This document shows, in pieces, positions 8,690 through 16,102 of a stretch of 43,286 nt of DNA (position 1 is its first letter; every line of letters starts with the position of its first letter). The translations under genes were made by a program, and so were the position numbers. Below the pieces are notes generated by a model. That model was given only the letters and a program-made list of their open reading frames with translations, was not told where the DNA came from and ran no database searches. This DNA is from an uncultured Dehalococcoidia bacterium. Its GTDB lineage: Bacteria > Chloroflexota > Dehalococcoidia > Lucifugimonadales > CAZGRI01. The stretch is from positions 6,912 through 50,197 of the forward strand of contig CAZGRI010000002.1 in assembly GCA_964528205.1 (NCBI GenBank). The letters are read 5' to 3'.

Positions 8690-9484
8690 TTATCCCACGG
8701 TCAGGGTCCCTGTCATGGACTCGTGGCCTGGGATGGTGCACTTGTACTCGAAGGTACCCGTATTCCTTGGAGATAGTGAGAGTGCCTGTTCTCCACGGGG
8801 TCCGACAGTCACATCGACGCCAAGCTCGTCGATAGTGAAGGTGTGCATGTACAGGTCATCGTTCCTGAGGACAAGGCGGAGCGTCTCCCCAGCTTTGGTG
8901 TCCAGCTGAGCGGTCCTAAACTCAGTCCTCTTCATCAACACCTCGACCGCGCCGGCGCGGTCCGCCTCCTCAACGGTATCGCGTGCCGCCAGGGTGACGA
9001 CCACCGAGACGACCACCACGGCGGCTACCACCACCGCAACGCCTCGCAACGCGTTGCGTTCGAATGCGGTCGCCCCATCCCGAGCCGTGCCGCGCCGGAT
9101 CTGTACGAAGGCGACGATCGAGCCAACGAGCGCCAAGATGGACGCTACGGTCGTGACAACGGCCACACCAAAGTCGAACACGCTATTAATGCTGCCGGTC
9201 GACTGGATCAAGTAGGGTCCGTACACCAGGGCGGTTCCCAGCAGACCGGCGATGGCGCCGAACACCAATGGCCATGCCCCAAACCGCCAGATCAGACCGG
9301 CGACAATAAGGGCTATGGCGACGTTGATGATCAGGAAGGCCAGGTTCGATGTGTCACCTGAGGCAAGCTGAACGACCCCCAGAATCACCATCATCACGAC
9401 GATGGTGATCAGGCCCCCGATCGCGAGGCGCGTGTAGAAGGGCATGCTCGTGGACTCGCCCATTGTCGTTTCTTTCTCAGACAT
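8690..9484 (-). CDS. Membrane protein with C-terminal cupredoxin domain
   Basis: About 5 hydrophobic helices followed by LRNDDLYMHTFT...GTFEYKCTIPGHESMTGTLTV, giving a His/Cys/His/Met type-1 copper ligand set; RBS GGAGG. Confidence 0.85.
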   Translation of the reverse strand: MSEKETTMGESTSMPFYTRLAIGGLITIVVMMVILGVVQLASGDTSNLAFLIINVAIALIVAGLIWRFGAWPLVFGAIAGLLGTALVYGPYLIQSTGSINSVFDFGVAVVTTVASILALVGSIVAFVQIRRGTARDGATAFERNALRGVAVVVAAVVVVSVVVTLAARDTVEEADRAGAVEVLMKRTEFRTAQLDTKAGETLRLVLRNDDLYMHTFTIDELGVDVTVGPRGEQALSLSPRNTGTFEYKCTIPGHESMTGTLTVG

Positions 9485-9596
9485 ATCGCCTCCGGGTGCG
9501 GATTCGGGTGTCCCTTGCGCCGACTCCAGTGCGAATCACGTCGTAGAGGACCGGCTGGATCCTGTCTTGCTTCGGGAACTCACTGTCATTTCTACC

Positions 9597-10268
9597 TCAC
9601 TTCGAAGCCTGGGTAACTGGTCGGCGAGACACCCAGAATAGTCTGAGTGCCATGACCTCGGCCCAAGCAAACCACGTCAGTATGTACAGACGCTGCAACA
9701 ACCCGTTCACGGTATCAACTTCGGCGGCCTTGGCAACGCCGATCCAGAGGACGAGGCTTACCAGGGCAGCGACGGCGGCCATCGAGGAAAAGCGAGAGAG
9801 TCCGCGCCAGAGCGGGTCTCTCTGAAGCCTTCTCGAGATTACCCACATACCCCCGATAGCAGCTATGAAACCTCCGAGCCCCGTCAGGTTGTGCATCGTT
9901 CCTGTGAAGGACTGGAATTCGCAGCCGGGATCGCAAGGCAAGAGGGCGTTCGCTAGTCCAGAACTAACGCCGAATACGGCTACGAGCACCGGGCCAAGCG
10001 CTGACCCCTTGCCTCCACCGATACCTCGATGAAGGCCCAGGGCAAAGGCTATGAACAGGGCGCCGGCTAAGAAGAAGTTGATGTTCTGGAGCAGAGGCTG
10101 TTGGGCGCCGTCGCCCCCAAGCTCACTCACAGCCTGGGCGACATGGCTATAGCCGTCGTAGATGAACCCAGCCACCGTCACCAGGGTGGCGAAGACAACA
10201 GGAGCAGCGATGCCGCATAAGGCCAGGAATCTCACCAAGCTGTCGGAGTTAGCGCGACTTTCGAGCAT
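9597..10268 (-). CDS. DUF998 family membrane protein
   Basis: GYSHVAQAVSELG, LPCDPGC, MHNLTG, GLLQRL motifs; RBS GGAGG 7 nt upstream. Confidence 0.85.
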   Translation of the reverse strand: MLESRANSDSLVRFLALCGIAAPVVFATLVTVAGFIYDGYSHVAQAVSELGGDGAQQPLLQNINFFLAGALFIAFALGLHRGIGGGKGSALGPVLVAVFGVSSGLANALLPCDPGCEFQSFTGTMHNLTGLGGFIAAIGGMWVISRRLQRDPLWRGLSRFSSMAAVAALVSLVLWIGVAKAAEVDTVNGLLQRLYILTWFAWAEVMALRLFWVSRRPVTQASK

Positions 10269-10312
10269 TGGTCATCCTCCGTGGGGTCGTCAAGGGTCCT
10301 GTTGAAATCCGT

Positions 10313-10423
10313 TCAGCGGGTCGTGGAGGCAGTCTCTCGCCACACAAGCACCGGCTCCCGTGAGTCTGCCGAAATTGACATCACAGCAAAAGACAACATT
10401 GCGTTCGAACACATGAGACGCAA
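10313..10423 (-). CDS. Putative small protein (36 aa)
   Basis: AAAGGAGG (10438-10431) lies 7 nt before TTG 10423; reads (M)RLMCSNAMLSFAVMSISADSREPVLVWRETASTTR*. It is the first ORF after a predicted promoter. Confidence 0.4.
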   Translation of the reverse strand: MRLMCSNAMLSFAVMSISADSREPVLVWRETASTTR

Positions 10424-10462
10424 GGTCGAGCCTCCTTTCGCGGGTGTTACCCGTCTCCTGGC

Positions 10463-10529
10463 AAGTTAAGTCATGAGAAGTCCCAATGTCATGGGAGCGG
10501 CAACCTGAATCGGCTGGGACTGCCGTCCC
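10463..10529 (-). promoter_or_regulatory. Promoter with GGGAC-N4-GTCCC operator upstream of the DUF998 operon
   Basis: Palindrome GGGACTGCCGTCCC (10516-10529), ATGACA -35-like box (10492-10487), TAACTT -10-like box (10468-10463); same layout as 13908-13973. Confidence 0.6.
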
Positions 10530-10761
10530 GACTTAGGAAGGGACATCGATGACTGGAGAGGGCCTTGAGGAGGCGGTTAGAAGCAGCGCGGCGGTCTCGA
10601 CGTAAGTGGGTGAGGGTGTGTCTAGATCCGGGCGGTGAGCAGCGATCCAAGCCACCGGTCACGTGGTGCAAAATAGGGAAGCCGTCGCGAAAACCTGGAT
10701 ACGCAGTGCCTCCACTTATTGTGGGCGGCGCGACGCGCTGTAGAGTTCAGGCCCAGGAGGG

Positions 10762-11448
10762 CTAGGGCTCCTGGGTGCCCAGCCCGGCCTCTCTCGCCCG
10801 GAGCGCGGCCTGTACTCGGTCGGCCACCTGCAGCTTGCTGAAAATGTTGGAGACGTGGTTCCGTACGGTCTTGGGGCTCAAGACCAGTTTCTCGGCGATA
10901 TCCGTATTGTTGACTCCCTGGGCGACGAGGGTCAGGATCTCTCGCTCCCGATCGGTCAGCTCTGGCAAAACCTCGGGGGGTGCGGAAGGCCGACGACTGG
11001 CAAAGTAGCTCATCATCCGGGTCGCGATGGCCGGACCGAAGATCGCCTCACCGCCAGCCACCGCCTGGATGGCTCTGAGGATCTCAACCTGGTCTGCCCC
11101 TTTCAGCAAGTATCCACGAGCTCCTGCGCGTACTGCCGCAAAGACGGTATCGTCGTCTTCGAACATGGTGAGCATCAGGATTGCGGTACGTGGACTGGCG
11201 TTCAGTATTCGCCGCGTCGCCTCTATGCCATTCACGCCAGGCATCCGGATATCCATCAGGACCACGTCTGGCTGCAGGCTGTCGGCGCTTGCGACCGCAT
11301 CTTCGCCCGTCGAGGCCTCTCCGACCAAGTCGGTTTCCGGCACGGATTCCAACAGTGACCGAAGTCCGTCGCGGAACAGGGGGTGGTCGTCGGCTATGAG
11401 CACTCGGATCGGGTCCATTGGAGGCTCCGGAGATGCAGAGATATTCAT
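10762..11448 (-). CDS. NarL/LuxR family DNA-binding response regulator
   Basis: IADDH, PDVVLMD (phospho-Asp), GYLLK, LTDREREIL..NTDIAEKLVLSPKTVRNHVSNIFSKL HTH. Confidence 0.96.
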   Translation of the reverse strand: MNISASPEPPMDPIRVLIADDHPLFRDGLRSLLESVPETDLVGEASTGEDAVASADSLQPDVVLMDIRMPGVNGIEATRRILNASPRTAILMLTMFEDDDTVFAAVRAGARGYLLKGADQVEILRAIQAVAGGEAIFGPAIATRMMSYFASRRPSAPPEVLPELTDREREILTLVAQGVNNTDIAEKLVLSPKTVRNHVSNIFSKLQVADRVQAALRAREAGLGTQEP

Positions 11449-13799
11449 GGATCGGACCTTACCTGGTCCGGCAAAGGCGGCCCGTACCTCAATGGAAGAC
11501 GGGCCAGGACGCGAGTGCCGCCATCCGGTACTGTCTCGACGACACAGGTGCCGCCCAACTCCTCGGCACGCTCGCGCATAGACGAAATTCCGACTCCGTT
11601 TTGGCGGTCAGCCGCGACCCCAACTCCGTCATCCGTGACCTGCAGCTCAAGGGTATCACGCTCGCCGTTGGAGACCCGGACCGTGCAGCTGGCGGCTTGT
11701 GCATGCCGTACCACATTGGTCAAGGCCTCCATGGCTATGCGATAAACGGCTACCTCCGCGGCTGCCGGTAGGGGCGGCATCTGCTCCGGGGCGTCGATAG
11801 AAACGCGCAGCATGTCGGCACCGGCGCTCCTGCCGTCCCCGGCCGCCGTACCGTTTAGCTGCGTGGCGTACTCGCGGATGGCGGAGATAAGACCGAGCTC
11901 GTCGAGGGCGGGAGGGCGGAGCTCATAGACCAGGCGCCGAATGTCGGCTATCGCCGACTGAGCCTGCGCCTTGAGATCCACGAGTGGCCTGTCAGCCGCC
12001 TCTGGGTCCGTACTCAGAAGGTTACGAGCAGCATCCATCTTCATCGCGATGCCTGCCAGGACCGGTCCCAGCCCATCATGGAGGGCGCGTCGAATCCGAC
12101 GACGCTCTTCTTCGCGAGCCGTGACAAGCCGTTCCCTTGAGCCCTGTAGGTCCGCGGTCAGCCGGACCCCGTGCGCGACAACCCCTGCCTGACGCACAAT
12201 GTCGGTGAGCAGCTGATGGTCGGTCTGGCTGAACGGCTGCTCTGGGCCACGCGTCGCGAGATGCAACTGGCCTATGGTTTCTCCTTGATATGCGAGAGGC
12301 AGGGTCATCGTCTCGCCGAAGGGCTGGCCATAGGCTGCAGCCGGCTCGGCCTCATCGCCGTCGCCAAAGGCGATGGCCGCGTACGGTGATTTGAACGCCT
12401 GAGCGACCGTTTCCACGATTGCACGAAGCATGGCGTCAGGCGCTAGAGTGACCTCCAGGCGTCGTCCAAGGTCCGAAAGCACCTCATAGGGGTCGTCCCG
12501 CTGGCCGTAGATCATTCTGTTGACTAGCCGCTGCAGTCGTTCCCGCAACGGCTGGAAAAGCACCGCCACGACCCCGATCACCAGGACGGAGATCAGCAGG
12601 TTGTCGCTTGTTTGAAACAGGACCCCAGCGACTCCTACGATCAGAACGTAGATACCCACGATGAGGGCGGTGAGGCTGGTGTAAACCAGAGTGCGGTTGA
12701 CCTTCGCCTCGATGTCGAACAGCCGGTATTCCAAGATCCCGATCGCCATCGCGAACAGTACAGGCAAGGCCAACAAGGCTTGTGCGTTCCAGCTTATGAG
12801 CGGCCCTTCCAGCAGTATCTCGGGTAGGTTCCCCAGGGCCACGATCAACGTGAAAAAGACGCCGAAGGCAAGAACCACCCAACGCACCTGGCGACGGCTT
12901 ATGGGGTCCAGGGATGTCCGGTAGCGCCACACCATGGCGGCCAGAGCCAGGACCATGTAGACAACTGGAGTCCACAGATGGGCATCGCCGGATCGCGCGA
13001 GCCAATCAAGGATGCTTGCGGCGGACGGCCACGTCGCCGCTGCGGTGATTATGTTGATGGAATAGGGGAGGACGTACAAAGCGGGGAGCACCCAGGTCCT
13101 ACCTTGGACCAGCTCCACGGGTCTGGGAAACACGAGCCAGAAATGCACCAGCGTGATCCAAACGAGAGTGTATGAAACAAAGTTGGTGGCCGAGAACAGC
13201 CAAAATTCCAAACCCAGTGTGAGATCGATCGGCTCCAGGCCTAGCCCCCAGACCGTAGAGCTTACCCCGGCCGCCGAAAAGAGCAGAAGGACCCTGGCCG
13301 CCGGATCGCCCGGGCGCCTGAAGAAGACAAAGGAACTCAAAAAAACGAACAATAACGCCGCAAGAAAGATACCCCACGAACGCGCCAATATCGGGCCGAG
13401 GGGATATCTCTCAAAGGTCACGCCCAGGTCGATCACGCTGCCGTCGCGCTCAACCGTGTAGGTGACCGTCTGGCCAATGTCCCAGCGACCACGGGCGGCC
13501 CACGGCGCGGACGTGTCCCTGATCCACGATTCCAGAGAGCGTCCCTCGACAGCGACGACCACGTCGCCCTCGTGGATCGACTCAGGCCCCTGTTTGAGAG
13601 GAGCAACCTCCACACCGTTGGGCCGGAACGCCGATGGACTCCACAGAAACCGAGCCCCGTCGGAGGGACTCGTCACATGGATCCCAACAAAGAGTCCGAA
13701 AGTGGCAACGAGCAGCACGGCCAAGCCGAGCACAGCCCAGCTGGAGGCCGTGAAACACCAGGCATTGTGAGGCTCTGCTGCGGTGACGTCCACCTTCAT
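11445..13799 (-). CDS. Membrane sensor histidine kinase (PDZ-like, multi-TM, GAF-like, HisKA_3, HATPase)
   Basis: EERRRIRRALHDGLGP H-box, LRPPALDELGL, EALTNVVRHA N-box, DDGVG, GISSMRERAEELGG; EGDVVVAVEG PDZ-like segment; ATGA overlap with the regulator. Confidence 0.94.
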   Translation of the reverse strand: MKVDVTAAEPHNAWCFTASSWAVLGLAVLLVATFGLFVGIHVTSPSDGARFLWSPSAFRPNGVEVAPLKQGPESIHEGDVVVAVEGRSLESWIRDTSAPWAARGRWDIGQTVTYTVERDGSVIDLGVTFERYPLGPILARSWGIFLAALLFVFLSSFVFFRRPGDPAARVLLLFSAAGVSSTVWGLGLEPIDLTLGLEFWLFSATNFVSYTLVWITLVHFWLVFPRPVELVQGRTWVLPALYVLPYSINIITAAATWPSAASILDWLARSGDAHLWTPVVYMVLALAAMVWRYRTSLDPISRRQVRWVVLAFGVFFTLIVALGNLPEILLEGPLISWNAQALLALPVLFAMAIGILEYRLFDIEAKVNRTLVYTSLTALIVGIYVLIVGVAGVLFQTSDNLLISVLVIGVVAVLFQPLRERLQRLVNRMIYGQRDDPYEVLSDLGRRLEVTLAPDAMLRAIVETVAQAFKSPYAAIAFGDGDEAEPAAAYGQPFGETMTLPLAYQGETIGQLHLATRGPEQPFSQTDHQLLTDIVRQAGVVAHGVRLTADLQGSRERLVTAREEERRRIRRALHDGLGPVLAGIAMKMDAARNLLSTDPEAADRPLVDLKAQAQSAIADIRRLVYELRPPALDELGLISAIREYATQLNGTAAGDGRSAGADMLRVSIDAPEQMPPLPAAAEVAVYRIAMEALTNVVRHAQAASCTVRVSNGERDTLELQVTDDGVGVAADRQNGVGISSMRERAEELGGTCVVETVPDGGTRVLARLPLRYGPPLPDQVRSDP

Positions 13800-13907
13800 C
13801 TGATGCCCAAAAGCCGGCGCCCTCGATTGCGGCGATGGGAGCTCGGAACAGGGACGCCCCGCGCCGCCCCGATCTGTCTGCAGTTCCCAGCCACCGGCTG
13901 ACAGCCA

Positions 13908-13973
13908 ATGATAAACCAGATGGTGGAGGGTGTCATGGGAGCACTGTCACGATCGGTTTGGGTCATCTGTCCC
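13908..13973 (-). promoter_or_regulatory. Promoter with operator upstream of the kinase-regulator operon
   Basis: Near-palindromes GGGTC-ATCT-GTCCC (13960-13973) and GGGAG-CACT-GTCAC (13937-13950), then ATGACA (13936-13931), 17 bp, TATCAT (13913-13908). Confidence 0.62.
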
Positions 13974-14090
13974 AGCCGATCAGGAGCTAGAGTCGGGCTA
14001 TCGATCTGTTGGCGCGTGCGAGACTAATGAGAAGAGGAGCTTGGAGCGAGGCGCCCAGATTCTCCCTGTGGAGTCGCGATGCCCGGGTCT

Positions 14091-14119
14091 TTGACTGAGG
14101 GAGGAGCCGAACCTATACT
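14091..14119 (+). promoter_or_regulatory. Sigma70-type promoter for pabB
   Basis: TTGACT (14091-14096), 17 bp, TATACT (14114-14119). Confidence 0.65.
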
Positions 14120-14201
14120 ACCGGATAGGACGGGTCGAACCCAAGCCGCAACGCGGCTCCGGCCGTCGATCGCACCAGCCGACAACCTGAGGTACTGAGT
14201 A

Positions 14202-15623
14202 GTGGTCAGAACTGTCGCCAGGGGCCGGATATCGGAGCCGGCTGTCCGACCGCTGGGACCGTCGTCCCGTCTGGTCGACGTGTTCCCATCCTTTCTCGAC
14301 CTGCCATACCCCGTGCTGCTGGACAGCACGTCAAGCTCAGGCCGTGAGGCGCGGTTCGCCTACCTGACGGCAGACCCATTCATGGTGGTGCGCTCGAAGG
14401 GCAAGCACGTCGAGACCGAGTTCCAGGGTTCGATCGAGCGCCGCGAGTCAAGTCCCTTCGACGTGCTCCAGGAGCTGTTGAGGGACTTTCGGCTTCCGCG
14501 AGCACCGGGCGCGCCGCCGTTTCAGGGTGGAGCCGTCGGCTACCTCGCGTACGAGCTGGCGCACCATCTCGAACGTCTGCCGCTCACGGTGGCGGACGAC
14601 CTCAATCTACCCGAGATGAACGTCGGACTGTACGACTGGGTAATCGCCCAGGACCGCCAGACCAGGGAGACCTGGGCGATATCGACAGGGCTCCCGGAGG
14701 CATCCAGCGAGAGGGCAGAGGAGCGCCTCCGACAGGCCGTACACCGGATGAACAACAGGCCCAACCCTTCCGACCCGACGGCCATCGCGGCCGGTCCTGC
14801 TCAAATGCAATCGACTTTCACCCGGCAGGAATATCTGAAAGCGGTCCGGGCCGTAAAGACATATATCGTTCAGGGAGACACCTACCAGGTCAACATCTCC
14901 CAGCGGTTCGAGGTGCCGCTGGTGGTCCCGCCGTGGCAGCTGTATCGCCGTCTGCGTGAGGTCAACCCCGCGCCCTTCGCGGCCTATCTCCAGCACCCCG
15001 AGGTGGCGGTGTTGAGCGCGTCTCCGGAGGAGTACCTTCGACTCGAGGGCAGATCGGTCGAGACCAGGCCCATGAAGGGGACTAGGCCAAGAGGCCGTAC
15101 TCCTGCTGAAGACCGCCGGCTGGCCACGGAACTCTATGCCAGTGATAAGGAACGGGCCGAGAACGTGATGATCGTCGACCTCATGCGCAACGACCTGGGC
15201 CGCGTATGCGTCCCCGGGTCCATACACGTGCCGCATCTGTTCACCCTGGAGAAGCATCCCGCCGTGTTCCAGATGGTGTCCACGGTTCGCGGACGGACTC
15301 GCGCCGACGTGGACGCCGTGGACGTGCTCAAGGCCTGTTTCCCGGGTGGGTCGGTAACCGGCGCACCCAAGATCCGCGCTATGGAGATCATCGACGAGCT
15401 GGAGCCTACACAGCGCAGCGTCTACTGCGGGGCCATCGGATACATAGGCTTCGATGGGTCGATGCGGACCTCCATCCCCATTCGGATTCTTCTGGCCAAA
15501 GGCAACAGGGCCTACTTCCAGGTGGGCGGCGGCGTGGTGGCCGACTCCGACCCGGAGGCCGAGTACCGGGAAACACTCGACAAGGCCCAGGGCTCGCTGC
15601 GGGCGCTGGGTATCCACGGCTGA
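14202..15623 (+). CDS. pabB: Aminodeoxychorismate synthase component I
   Basis: VLLDS, PFQGGAVGYLAYEL, YQVNISQR, SASPE, PMKGTRPR, KERAENVMIVDLMRNDLGR, FPGGSVTGAPK. The P.KGT motif favours PabB over TrpE. Confidence 0.9.
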   Translation: MVRTVARGRISEPAVRPLGPSSRLVDVFPSFLDLPYPVLLDSTSSSGREARFAYLTADPFMVVRSKGKHVETEFQGSIERRESSPFDVLQELLRDFRLPRAPGAPPFQGGAVGYLAYELAHHLERLPLTVADDLNLPEMNVGLYDWVIAQDRQTRETWAISTGLPEASSERAEERLRQAVHRMNNRPNPSDPTAIAAGPAQMQSTFTRQEYLKAVRAVKTYIVQGDTYQVNISQRFEVPLVVPPWQLYRRLREVNPAPFAAYLQHPEVAVLSASPEEYLRLEGRSVETRPMKGTRPRGRTPAEDRRLATELYASDKERAENVMIVDLMRNDLGRVCVPGSIHVPHLFTLEKHPAVFQMVSTVRGRTRADVDAVDVLKACFPGGSVTGAPKIRAMEIIDELEPTQRSVYCGAIGYIGFDGSMRTSIPIRILLAKGNRAYFQVGGGVVADSDPEAEYRETLDKAQGSLRALGIHG

Positions 15624-15643
15624 ATAGCGACCAGGAGGTATCG

Positions 15644-15970
15644 ATGCTTTACGAGTACCGCGTCTACGAGGCAATGCCGGGCAAGCTGCCTGAGCTCCAG
15701 GCCAGGTTCCGAAACTATACCCTGGATCTGTTCGAGAAGCACGGGATAAAGAACATCGGCTACTGGACCAGCGTGGCCGGCGACTATAGCGACAGGCTCA
15801 TCTACATCGTCGCTTTCGAGGACTCGGCGCAGCGAGACCGGGCCTGGGACAGCTTCCGTGACGATCCTGAGTGGAAGCGGGTCGTCGCCGAGTCGGAGGC
15901 CAACGGCCCTCTCATCTCTCGCCTGTTCAACAGCCTGCTCAAGCCAACCGACTATTCGCCATTGCAATAG
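15644..15970 (+). CDS. NIPSNAP family protein
   Basis: MLYEYRVYEAMPGKL...FEKHGIKNIGYW...AWDSFRDDPEW...LKPTDYSPLQ; RBS AGGAGG. This is the C-terminal part of track ORF 15206..15970. Confidence 0.92.
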   Translation: MLYEYRVYEAMPGKLPELQARFRNYTLDLFEKHGIKNIGYWTSVAGDYSDRLIYIVAFEDSAQRDRAWDSFRDDPEWKRVVAESEANGPLISRLFNSLLKPTDYSPLQ

Positions 15971-16102
15971 CCCGGAGCGGGTCCCAAAAACGACATAAGC
16001 AACCTAAGTATAGCTTGAATCGGCGACCTACGACGCCTTACGGTTCTCTTCGGACCCTCAGATAGCATCTGGGGTCGAATCGTTATACGTCCAAGGTCCG
16101 CC

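Noticed and set aside
12070-12110. Kinase H-box reads RALHD rather than the common RDLHD/RELHD
   Set aside because: The phospho-accepting His and the N/G boxes are intact, so there is no ground to call it a pseudokinase.
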